Part shown: in pieces, positions 1 to 7,481 of the stretch
How the letters are laid out: each line of letters opens with the position of its first letter
How positions within the stretch are numbered: the first letter of the stretch is position 1
Assembly: GCA_031379565.1 (NCBI GenBank)
Contig: JANNFH010000268.1
Coordinates: forward strand, 1-36,359
Source of the DNA: Alphaproteobacteria bacterium
Lineage (GTDB): Bacteria > Pseudomonadota > Alphaproteobacteria > Caulobacterales > Aquidulcibacteraceae
DNA length: 36,359 bases
Direction: 5' to 3'
Translations under genes and position numbers: made by a program
The notes under the pieces: model-generated
What the model was told of the DNA's origin: nothing
Database searches by the model: none
What the model saw: only the letters and a program-made list of their open reading frames with translations

Positions 1-1143
1 AATGATTCCGCACTCGCCCAATTTAGCCCGCGCCACGGCCAGATCGCGCGCCTGGTAGATCACGCCCTCCTCCTGCTTGTAGGAAGGGTCGTGTTCTTCA
101 TCGATGATGATGAGGCTCAGCTTCGGGAACGGCAGAAACAACGCCGAGCGCGCGCCGACGACCAGCCGCGCCCGCCCCGCCGCCACCTCGCGCCAAGCGC
201 GCCGGCGCGCCTTGTGCGCGATGGCGGAATGCCATTCCACCGGCGCGGCGCCGAAGCGCACTTCAAATCGGCTCATCACCGCCTGCGTCAGCGCAATTTC
301 AGGCAGCAGCACCAGCACCTGGGCGTCCGGCGCGCCGCTAAGCGCCTCAGCCGCCGCTTCGAGATAGATTTCAGTCTTGCCCGAGCCAGTGACCCCGTCG
401 AGCAGCGACACCTGAAAACCGCCCGCGCGCACGGCGGCGCAGACCGTCTCGGCCGCGGCGGCTTGAGTCTCCGATAGCGCCTTCCCGGCGAGGGCGAGGT
501 CCGGCTCGGGAAACGGCGGGTCCTCGCTCAGCTCAATGCGCTTCAGCGCGCCGACATCGACGAGCCCTTTAACGACAGCGGAGCTCACACCCGCCCGGCG
601 CGCCAACTCGGCGCCGCTGACGCTCTCCTTGGCGGCCTCCTCCAGCACGCGGGCGCGCGCCTCGGTGAGCTTTGCCGGCGCCTCCCCGCTTGGCGCCAGC
701 ACGACGTACGTTGGTGGGTCGAACAGCGCTTCCGGTGAGCGCACCACCATCCGCAACAAATCGCCGGGCGGTCGCACCAGATAGCGCGCGGCCCAATCGA
801 CAAACTGCCGCGACAATGCTGGCGCCGGCGGACCAGGCAACACCTCTTCGATCGCTTTGAGGTTGGCTGCGCCGGGGTCACCCCGCCTCACCTCCCACAC
901 CACGCCGCGCACCAGCCGTGGCCCGATCGGCGCAATCACGTGCATGCCGGCCTCAAGCAATAGCGCGCTTGGCGCGCGATAATCGAACGGCTCGGGGAGC
1001 GGCAGCGGAAACAGCACCGCGACCTTATCTAGCGCCGCCTCGCCTGGCCCCTGGCCAGCCGGCGCAAACAAGGGCCCGAGCGGAGGCGCCGCGCGCTGGC
1101 GTTTCAAAGCGTCGAGCGCGCGGCGGCGAGCGGTGGGGTTCAC
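1..1143 (-). CDS. priA: Primosomal protein N' (replication restart helicase), 3' part runs off the window
   Basis: Absent from the ORF track because it has no stop in the window. Manual translation of parts of the minus frame gives N-terminal VAVLFPLPLPEPFDY, Walker A LLDGVTGSGKTEIYL and VVGARSALFLP...IIIDEEHDPSYKQEEG. The GTG start at 1143 is my best guess. Confidence 0.95.
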   Translation of the reverse strand, partial: MNPTARRRALDALKRQRAAPPLGPLFAPAGQGPGEAALDKVAVLFPLPLPEPFDYRAPSALLLEAGMHVIAPIGPRLVRGVVWEVRRGDPGAANLKAIEEVLPGPPAPALSRQFVDWAARYLVRPPGDLLRMVVRSPEALFDPPTYVVLAPSGEAPAKLTEARARVLEEAAKESVSGAELARRAGVSSAVVKGLVDVGALKRIELSEDPPFPEPDLALAGKALSETQAAAAETVCAAVRAGGFQVSLLDGVTGSGKTEIYLEAAAEALSGAPDAQVLVLLPEIALTQAVMSRFEVRFGAAPVEWHSAIAHKARRRAWREVAAGRARLVVGARSALFLPFPKLSLIIIDEEHDPSYKQEEGVIYQARDLAVARAKLGECGII

Positions 1144-1149
1144 CGGACG

Positions 1150-1178
1150 AATCTAGGGGCTTAGGAGATTCGGCGGAA
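1150..1178 (-). promoter_or_regulatory. Putative sigma70 promoter for priA (TTCCGC-N17-TAGATT), overlapping two GANTC sites
   Basis: 17-nt spacing; the -10 ends 6 nt before the GTG and there is no SD. Inverted repeat CGAATCT-N11-AGATTCG at 1148-1172. Confidence 0.4.
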
Positions 1179-1200
1179 GCTCTGATCCCTTTCTCTCATC

Positions 1201-1299
1201 AGTCATTCCGGGCGAGCAGAGCGAGACCCGGAACCCAGGGATCGACGGGCGCGACGTGGCCCTGGGTCCCGGATCACGCTTCGCGTGTCCGGGATGACT
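1201..1299. repeat. REP-like inverted doublet (GTCAT-tagged palindromic element)
   Basis: Two 40-nt units in inverted orientation (1201-1240 and 1260-1299), 31/40 identical by hand alignment. Each has its own hairpin (TTCCGGG..CCCGGAA; TCCCGGA..TCCGGGA). Ends are AGTCAT...ATGACT. Confidence 0.85.
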
Positions 1300-1348
1300 T
1301 AAGCAGCTGTTGCAGCGTGTTTACCTGTCGCCGCTATCGTATCGTTAC

Positions 1349-2260
1349 ATGAACGCTGACGCCCTGCGCACCCAATGGATCGCCCACCTGCGCGACGAGC
1401 GCCGCTTCGCGGCCAATTCCGTCGAGGCCTATGAGCGCGACGTCTCGGCCCTTCTCGGCTTCCTTGCCAGCCATCTCGGGGACGCCGTGGGCGCAGCCGA
1501 ACTGAAGAGCCTCGAACCGCGCGATTTGCGCGCCTATCTGGCCCATCGCCGACAGGGACCGGACGCACTGTCGGATCGCTCATTATCGCGTGCGCTGGCG
1601 GCAATCCGCTCGTTTTTTCGCTATCTCGACCGGCGCTGCGGTATCGCCAATGCGCGCCTCGCGCTGGTGCGCGGACCGAAACTTAAGCGTTCCTTGCCGC
1701 GCCCTGTCTCGGAAGCCGCCGCGCGCGATTTGATCGAGGATGCACAGGCGCAAGCGTCGCTGCCTTGGATTGGCGCGCGCGATGCGGCGTTGATCACGCT
1801 GCTCTACGCCGCCGGCTTGCGAATCTCCGAGGCGCTAGCGCTCACCGGCGCCGATCGCCCTTTGCCCGGCGCGCTGCGCATCCGAGGCAAGGGCGCCAAA
1901 GAGCGGCTGGTGCCGATGCTGCCGGCCGCACGCGAAGCGATTGAGCGCTACGCGCAGCTCTGCCCTTATGCCCTCACCGCCGACGCGCCCTTGTTCCGCG
2001 GCGTCCGCGGCGGCCCCCTCTCTCCGCGCCTTGCCCAAGCTTTGATGGCGGTGCTGCGCGCGCGTTTGGGGCTGCCGGCGTCGGCGACGCCGCACGCTTT
2101 GCGGCACGCGTTTGCTACCCATCTGCTTGCCAACGGCGCCGATCTGCGCGCGATCCAGGACTTGCTCGGACACGAATCACTTTCGACGACTCAGGGCTAC
2201 ACCGCTGTTGAATCGCAGAAAATTTTGAGCGTGTACCGCTCCGCACACCCGCGTGCGTGA
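1349..2260 (+). CDS. xerC: Tyrosine recombinase XerC
   Basis: Catalytic set GLRISE (R), RGKGAKER (K), HALRH (HxxR), LLGH, TTQGY (Y); about 300 aa; divergent from priA as in many alphaproteobacteria. ATG 1349 preferred over TTG 1310. Confidence 0.9.
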   Translation: MNADALRTQWIAHLRDERRFAANSVEAYERDVSALLGFLASHLGDAVGAAELKSLEPRDLRAYLAHRRQGPDALSDRSLSRALAAIRSFFRYLDRRCGIANARLALVRGPKLKRSLPRPVSEAAARDLIEDAQAQASLPWIGARDAALITLLYAAGLRISEALALTGADRPLPGALRIRGKGAKERLVPMLPAAREAIERYAQLCPYALTADAPLFRGVRGGPLSPRLAQALMAVLRARLGLPASATPHALRHAFATHLLANGADLRAIQDLLGHESLSTTQGYTAVESQKILSVYRSAHPRA

Positions 2261-2327
2261 GCGAAATTGGCGCACGCGACACCGCAAATCGCCTTACTTC
2301 TCAAGGCTCGCAGAGAATTCGCGCAGA

Positions 2328-2403
2328 CAAAAATACACATCACACAAAAAAACGCGCGGACTACTTGTGGAAACTACTTGCAAACCAAATTGGTGCAAAA
2401 AAA
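2328..2403 (+). promoter_or_regulatory. AT-rich promoter/operator region upstream of the H1-like gene
   Basis: A-tracts, direct repeat ACTACTTG at 2360-2367 and 2373-2380, imperfect palindrome TTGCAAACCAAATTGGTGCAA at 2378-2398; sharply AT-richer than its flanks. Confidence 0.5.
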
Positions 2404-2470
2404 TCCTCGGAGAGTCAAACAACTCCCACCAACCCAGACGTCCAACACAAGTAAAGATGAGGAAACGAAG

Positions 2471-2695
2471 ATGGCTAAGAAGGTAAAGAAGGCCCGCAAA
2501 GCGGCGCCGAAGGCTCGTAAGGCTCGCAAGTCGGTTCGCAAGGCCGCTGGCAAGTCCGCGAAGAAGACCGTCCGCAAGGCGAAGAAGGCCCGCAAGGCCG
2601 CGCCGCGCAAGGCCGCGAAGAAGACCGTCCGCAAGGCGAAGAAGGCTCGCAAGAGCAGCGCCAAGGTCGTCAAGGCGCCCGCGAAGGTCATGTAA
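2471..2695 (+). CDS. Small histone H1-like Lys/Arg/Ala-rich basic protein (74 aa)
   Basis: SD GAGGA before ATG 2471; MAKKVKKARKAAPKARK... has 26 K + 9 R in 74 aa and no D/E; very narrow codon use (AAG, CGC, GCC/GCG/GCT); strong hairpin downstream. Confidence 0.85.
   Translation: MAKKVKKARKAAPKARKARKSVRKAAGKSAKKTVRKAKKARKAAPRKAAKKTVRKAKKARKSSAKVVKAPAKVM
2556..2653 (+). repeat. Intragenic direct repeat, 41 nt x2, period 57 nt (19 codons)
   Basis: CCGCGAAGAAGACCGTCCGCAAGGCGAAGAAGGCYCGCAAG at 2556-2596 and 2613-2653, one mismatch; encodes AKKTVRKAKKARK twice. Confidence 0.95.
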
Positions 2696-2710
2696 TTTCG
2701 AACCAATGCA

Positions 2711-2737
2711 TGGGGGCTGCGATGCGCGCAGCCCCCA
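2711..2737 (+). terminator. Strong 3' hairpin after the H1-like gene (terminator or stabiliser)
   Basis: TGGGGGCTGCG-ATGCG-CGCAGCCCCCA, perfect 11-bp stem starting 15 nt after the stop; lacks a clear U-tract. Confidence 0.55.
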
Positions 2738-2936
2738 GCGCCATTAAAAGCACCACGCCCCTCAAAGGATCACATGCGCTCTCCGGTCATTCGCTGCCCC
2801 CGCTCCCGCTACGAACACCGCAGATTGTCGCGAAAATACTTCCCCCAGCGCTAAGCCTATCCGCCGCCGTTCACTGCGATCTATCCTCCCTGGCCTCGGC
2901 TTCAGGTATAATCCTGCGGTTCGTGCTCGCTGAGGT

Positions 2937-3560
2937 ATGACAACCATGGACTGGTCGAAGCTAAGTCCGGAGGGCAAGAGCGCGTTGGCCATGGGTGCGC
3001 TCAGCATTTTCATGGCGCCGTTCGTGTTCATGCTGACGTTTCGCGCCCGACCGGACGCGCTGACCGCGTTCGGCTTTCGCGAGCCCTTTTCTCAATCCGG
3101 CCTCGCTTGGATCGCGTGTTTCGCACTCGCGGCGGCCTATATCGGCTATTGCGTTCGCATTCCCGCGGTGAAGGTGTGGCTCGTCCGGCCGCGACCGCTC
3201 AAGGTGATGGCGCTTGTCCTGGCAGTGCTGGCGGGGACGCTCGAAGAGATTGCCTTCCGCAAACTCTTGATGGATTGGATTGAACGATCCGGCGGCGCCG
3301 AGACGGTTCAAGTGATCGCATCGGGCCTGAGCTTCGGCCTGATGCACATCGTTTGGGGTGGCTTGAAGGGAAACTGGACCGCCGCGATCGGCTCCGTTGT
3401 CGCGACCTCCCTACTCGGCCTGGGGCTTGCCGGCGTTTATCTGATCGGCGATCGGAATCTGGCGCCCTGCATCGTCAGCCATTTTCTGGTTACCGCGCTG
3501 ATCGAGCCTGGGCTGTTGATCGCGGCTTTGAGCGGCGGGATGCGCAGGCGTCCCGCTTAA
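2937..3560 (+). CDS. CPBP (CAAX prenyl protease-like/Abi) intramembrane metalloprotease
   Basis: Multi-TM protein with EEIAFR (EExxxR), FGLMH (FxxxH) and a C-terminal H (HFLVT). TATAAT at 2907-2912. The true start may be ATG 2946 given SD spacing. Confidence 0.85.
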   Translation: MTTMDWSKLSPEGKSALAMGALSIFMAPFVFMLTFRARPDALTAFGFREPFSQSGLAWIACFALAAAYIGYCVRIPAVKVWLVRPRPLKVMALVLAVLAGTLEEIAFRKLLMDWIERSGGAETVQVIASGLSFGLMHIVWGGLKGNWTAAIGSVVATSLLGLGLAGVYLIGDRNLAPCIVSHFLVTALIEPGLLIAALSGGMRRRPA

Positions 3561-4081
3561 GCCGCGCGCAGCGCCCAGCGCGCAACGCCCGGATAAGGCG
3601 GCTCGCCGGTGTCGCTGAAGCCGCTCTTTTCCAGCACGCTCACCGCGCCGATATCCTCGGCGTCAAGATGAACGATGACCCGGCGCGCGCCGTTGGCGAC
3701 GGCCCATTCCGAGAGCGCCCGCACCGCTTCGCCGCTATAGCCCAACCCTCGGAATTCCGAAACGATGCCGAACGCGAGTTCGACGTCGCCGTCCTCGTCG
3801 GGCCGGCCAACCAAAGCGGCGACGCCGACACAGCGCGGCGGCTGACGCTCGCCGCCATTGGCCAGCAGCGCCCAGCCATACCAGCCCTGGCCATCAGGAT
3901 CGTGGGCGAGATTGTTCGCCGCCCATTGGAACGAGGCTTCCTCGAACGGCGCCGGCGGCCACATCACTTCGTGCATGGTGGCGATGGCGTTGAAGAAGGC
4001 GGTGCGGCTGCCTGCCTGCAAAGCCGCCAGACGCGGGTCCAGCGCCAGCAGCGCCAAGCGCTCCGTGTTCAATACCAGCAC
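3557..4081 (-). CDS. GNAT acetyltransferase, RimJ/RimL-like
   Basis: LNTERL N-terminus, VELAFGI..EFRGLGYSGEA acetyl-CoA motif, VLEKSGF. Start moved to GTG 4081 behind SD GAGGGGAG. Confidence 0.85.
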   Translation of the reverse strand: MLVLNTERLALLALDPRLAALQAGSRTAFFNAIATMHEVMWPPAPFEEASFQWAANNLAHDPDGQGWYGWALLANGGERQPPRCVGVAALVGRPDEDGDVELAFGIVSEFRGLGYSGEAVRALSEWAVANGARRVIVHLDAEDIGAVSVLEKSGFSDTGEPPYPGVARWALRAA

Positions 4082-4126
4082 GTGGATCTCCCCTCGCCGA
4101 ACAACGCAAGATGAGCCTATCGCGGT

Positions 4127-4163
4127 GCCTGTGGAAAGTGAGCATTCGTCAATACTCACAGGC
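4127..4163 (-). terminator. Hairpin downstream of lpdA, possible weak terminator
   Basis: mRNA GTGAGTATT-GACG-AATGCTCAC followed by TTT; an alternative outer pairing GCCTGTG/CACAGGC also exists. Confidence 0.4.
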
Positions 4164-4182
4164 TGGCGCGGCCCGCATTGCT

Positions 4183-5568
4183 TCAAGCCTGCATGGTCCA
4201 GCCATCGACGCCCTTGGCGGCTTCGCGGATGGCTTCGGTCATGGTGGGGTGGGCGTGGCAGGTGCGGGCGATATCTTCGGCGCTGGCGCCGAATTCCATC
4301 GCCACGCAGATCTCGCCGATCATTTCGCCGACGCCGACGCCGATCATGTGTGCGCCGATCACCCGTTTGGTTTTCTCGTCCTCAAGGATTTTGACCATGC
4401 CTTCGGTCTCGTGATTGGTGCGGGCGCGGGAATTGGCGGCGAAATTGAATTTGCCGACCTTGTAGGCGATGCCCGCGGCCTTCAGCTCTTCCTCGGTTTT
4501 GCCGACGCCGGCGGCTTCCGGATAAGTGTACACAACACCCGGGATCACATCGTAATTCACGTGCCCCCATTGGCCGGCGATGATTTGCGCGACGGCCGCG
4601 CCCTCCTCCTCCGCCTTGTGCGCCAGCATCGGGCCGGGCGTGCAATCGCCGATGGCGTACACGCCCGCGACATTGGTCTGGAAATGGTCGGTCTCGATGA
4701 AGCCGCGCTGATCGAGGCGCACGCCGACGCCCTCAAGCCCAAGCCCCTGCGTGTACGGCTTGCGGCCGATTGAGACCAGCACGATGTCGGCTTCGAGCAC
4801 GCGGCCTTGCCCGCCTTGCGCCGGCTCGATCGTGACTTTGAGCGAATTGCGCGTCTTCTCGACGCCGGTAACCTTCTGCCCCAGTTCGAACAGCATGCCT
4901 TGCTTCTTGAGGATGCGGTGGAAGTGGTTCGAGATTTCGCCGTCCATCGTGGGCGTAATACGGTCGAGGAATTCCACCACGGTGACTTCGGCACCCAGCC
5001 TGCGCCACACTGAGCCGAGCTCCAGGCCGATATAGCCGGCACCGATGACGATCAGCTTGCCCGGAATTTTGCTGAGCGCGAGGCCTCCTGTGGAAGAGAC
5101 GATGCGCTCTTCATCGAAATCGACGCCTTTGAGTTCGGCGGGAACAGAGCCTGTTGCGATAACTATATTCTTGGTCTCGAGTGTCTGACTGCCAACCTGC
5201 ACTCGGCCCGGCGCGACAATCTTGCCCTCGCCCTTGATGTAATCGACCTTGTTTTTCTTCATCAGGAACTCGACGCCCTTGGTCAGGCCATCGACGGCGT
5301 CTTCCTTTTGGTTCTGCATGCGGGCGAGATCGACGGAGAGATTGGTGAAGTTCACGCCCATGGCCGGAAACGTCTTGCGCGCGGCCTCGTAATATTCCGA
5401 AGCGTGCAGCAGCGCCTTGGAGGGAATGCAGCCGACATTGAGGCACGTGCCGCCCAGCTTGCCGCGCTTCTCGACGATGGCCGTATTCAGCCCAAGCTGG
5501 CCGGCGCGAATGGCGCAATTGTATCCGCCAGGGCCGCCGCCGATGATGACAAGATCGTAGCTGGACAT
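4183..5568 (-). CDS. lpdA: Dihydrolipoamide dehydrogenase (E3)
   Basis: GGGPGG FAD motif, GGTCLNVGCIPSK redox disulfide, GAGYIG, C-terminal HAHPT; start at MSSYD (5568). Confidence 0.97.
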   Translation of the reverse strand: MSSYDLVIIGGGPGGYNCAIRAGQLGLNTAIVEKRGKLGGTCLNVGCIPSKALLHASEYYEAARKTFPAMGVNFTNLSVDLARMQNQKEDAVDGLTKGVEFLMKKNKVDYIKGEGKIVAPGRVQVGSQTLETKNIVIATGSVPAELKGVDFDEERIVSSTGGLALSKIPGKLIVIGAGYIGLELGSVWRRLGAEVTVVEFLDRITPTMDGEISNHFHRILKKQGMLFELGQKVTGVEKTRNSLKVTIEPAQGGQGRVLEADIVLVSIGRKPYTQGLGLEGVGVRLDQRGFIETDHFQTNVAGVYAIGDCTPGPMLAHKAEEEGAAVAQIIAGQWGHVNYDVIPGVVYTYPEAAGVGKTEEELKAAGIAYKVGKFNFAANSRARTNHETEGMVKILEDEKTKRVIGAHMIGVGVGEMIGEICVAMEFGASAEDIARTCHAHPTMTEAIREAAKGVDGWTMQA

Positions 5569-5604
5569 GGGGGGGCGCTCCGTCGGACACGAGATTCGCC
5601 GCGG

Positions 5605-5633
5605 ACCATATGGAGCGCCCACGCGCCGATCAA
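5605..5633 (-). promoter_or_regulatory. Putative sigma70 promoter for lpdA (TTGATC-N17-TATGGT)
   Basis: Near-consensus -35/-10 with 17-nt spacer in the intergenic region; GANTC site just downstream at 5593-5597. Confidence 0.55.
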
Positions 5634-5674
5634 TCCGCGCGCGAACCTATCTGCGCCGCATTCGCTGTTTTCGC

Positions 5675-6169
5675 TCAAGCGCCCTGGCGGTTCCAATGCG
5701 CGCGATCGGCCGCATCGACCAGTAGTATCAAAAGCCCAACCACCAGCATGAACGCCAGGAACGTCACCTGTGCGCTCGAGCCGCCCGACGCCAAAGCCTC
5801 CGGCGTGAAATTTTCCGGAGTAAGCGCGCTCACGGTCGCGCCGACGCCGCCTTCCTGCTGTTGCTGCCCCAGCGCCCAACGGCCCCCGTAGCAAGCAAAG
5901 CCCAAAAGCCAAACCCAGAAACCCTGCGTGCGTCGGGCCAGCCGCACGGCTGTCACGAAAAACAGCACGCCAGCCGCATACCAGAGAAGGCGCTCGGGCA
6001 TCGTCGTGCTTTCGGCCCAGCGCTCCAGATTCTCCGAAACCGCCGGCGCCAGATTGAGGTCAATGGGAAGATTGTAGGCCTCAATCGTGCCGATCAGCGC
6101 CGGAAACACGCAGGCGGCCACAAGCCCCAGCAGAATCAACACGATCGGCCAGCGCACCAAGAATGTCAT
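5675..6169 (-). CDS. Hypothetical membrane protein (about 4 TM, 164 aa)
   Basis: SD GGAGG before ATG 6169; hydrophobic segments; co-oriented and fills the sucB-lpdA gap. Confidence 0.75.
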   Translation of the reverse strand: MTFLVRWPIVLILLGLVAACVFPALIGTIEAYNLPIDLNLAPAVSENLERWAESTTMPERLLWYAAGVLFFVTAVRLARRTQGFWVWLLGFACYGGRWALGQQQQEGGVGATVSALTPENFTPEALASGGSSAQVTFLAFMLVVGLLILLVDAADRAHWNRQGA

Positions 6170-6271
6170 GAGAGCGTCCCCCTCCCCGGCTTCCCCAGCC
6201 AAGGTGAGCTTATACACAACCTCGCCTTCGCGCCAAGGCGGCTGGAAGGGGAACCGGGATGGGCGGATACC

Positions 6272-7462
6272 CTAGAGGTCGAGCAGCATGCGCTCGGGGT
6301 CTTCCAGGCCATCCTTGACCCGCACCAGGAAGGTGACAGCGTCTTTACCGTCGACGATGCGGTGATCATAGCTCAGCGCCAGATACATCATCGGCCGGAC
6401 CACCACCTGACCCTTGATGGCGATCGGGCGCTCCTGGATTTTGTGCATGCCTAGAATACCCGATTGCGGCGCGTTGAGGATCGGCGTCGACATCAGCGAG
6501 CCATAGACGCCGCCATTGGTGATGGTGAAGGTGGCTCCCTGCAGCTCTTCGAGCTTGAGATGGCCGTCGCGGGCCTTGGCCGCGAGTTGCCCGATCTCGC
6601 CTTCGACCTCGGCCATGCTCTTGCGGTCAGCTTCACGTACGACAGGCACGACCAGGCCCTTATCGATGCCGACGGCAATGCCGATATCGTAGAAATTCTT
6701 GTAGATGATGTCGTCGCCATCGATCTCGGCATTGACGCTGGGAATTTCCTTCAGCGCCGACACGCAAGCCTTCACGAAAAAACTCATGAACCCCAGCTTG
6801 ATGCCGTGCTTCTTCTCGAAATCTTGCTTGTACTTGGTGCGCGCGGCCATGATCGCCGACATGTCGGCTTCATTGAACGTGGTCAGCATCGCGGCGGTGT
6901 TTTGCGCTTCCTTGAGCCGACGGGCGATGGTCTGGCGGAGGCGCGTCATCTTCACTCGCTCTTCGCGCGGGCCTATGGCGCGCGGGGGTTGAGGCGCCGA
7001 GGTGGCAGGCGTTTGCGCCCGCGTTTCGAGCGCCGCCAGCGCGTCTGACTTGGTGATGCGCCCTTCCCTGCCGCTGCCGGCGAGATTGGCGAGGTCGATG
7101 CCGCCCTCAGAGGCGATCCGCTGCACCGATGGCGGCGCCGGCTTCTGATCGCCATTCGCACCTGCAGCGGGTGCTGGAGAGGCAGCCGCAACAAGCGGCG
7201 CTGAAGCGCGCGGCGGCGGTGACGCACCAACCCCACCGAGGCGGCCCAAGACAGCGCCGATGCCGACAATCGCGCCCTCGTTGGCGACGATGTCCGTAAG
7301 TATCCCGGCTTCGGCCGCCGAGACCTCGACAGAAACCTTGTCGGTCTCCAATTCTACCAAGGTCTCATCCTTGCGAACGCTGTCGCCAGCCTTCTTCAGC
7401 CATTTGGCGACGGTGGCCTCGGAAACGGATTCGCCCAGGGTCGGCACCACGATATCGGTCAT
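6272..7462 (-). CDS. sucB: 2-oxoglutarate dehydrogenase E2 (dihydrolipoyl succinyltransferase)
   Basis: Lipoyl motif ETDKV, Ala/Pro linker, E3-binding [10 protein letters not shown], catalytic YDHRIVDG. Confidence 0.97.
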   Translation of the reverse strand: MTDIVVPTLGESVSEATVAKWLKKAGDSVRKDETLVELETDKVSVEVSAAEAGILTDIVANEGAIVGIGAVLGRLGGVGASPPPRASAPLVAAASPAPAAGANGDQKPAPPSVQRIASEGGIDLANLAGSGREGRITKSDALAALETRAQTPATSAPQPPRAIGPREERVKMTRLRQTIARRLKEAQNTAAMLTTFNEADMSAIMAARTKYKQDFEKKHGIKLGFMSFFVKACVSALKEIPSVNAEIDGDDIIYKNFYDIGIAVGIDKGLVVPVVREADRKSMAEVEGEIGQLAAKARDGHLKLEELQGATFTITNGGVYGSLMSTPILNAPQSGILGMHKIQERPIAIKGQVVVRPMMYLALSYDHRIVDGKDAVTFLVRVKDGLEDPERMLLDL

Positions 7463-7481
7463 TGCATCACACTCTTTTGCA

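Noticed and set aside
1349-2260. Tyrosine recombinase as a phage/island integrase
   Set aside because: Size, motifs and priA linkage fit housekeeping XerC; I saw no att repeats, tRNA target, cargo genes or dif-like site.
2267-2470. N-terminal extension of the basic protein (142-aa ORF in the track)
   Set aside because: AT-rich promoter-like sequence with abruptly different composition; the SD sits before ATG 2471.
2556-2653. Direct repeats as a mini CRISPR array
   Set aside because: Only two copies, in frame within a CDS, 16-nt spacer, no cas genes.
2374-2706. Antisense 110-aa ORF with AFFALRT repeats
   Set aside because: Mirror of the AAG/GCC codon repeats of the H1-like gene.
2710-2940. 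76-aa ORF between the H1-like gene and the CPBP gene
   Set aside because: Starts in the 3' hairpin, has no SD, spans the likely CPBP promoter, and shows no recognisable motif.
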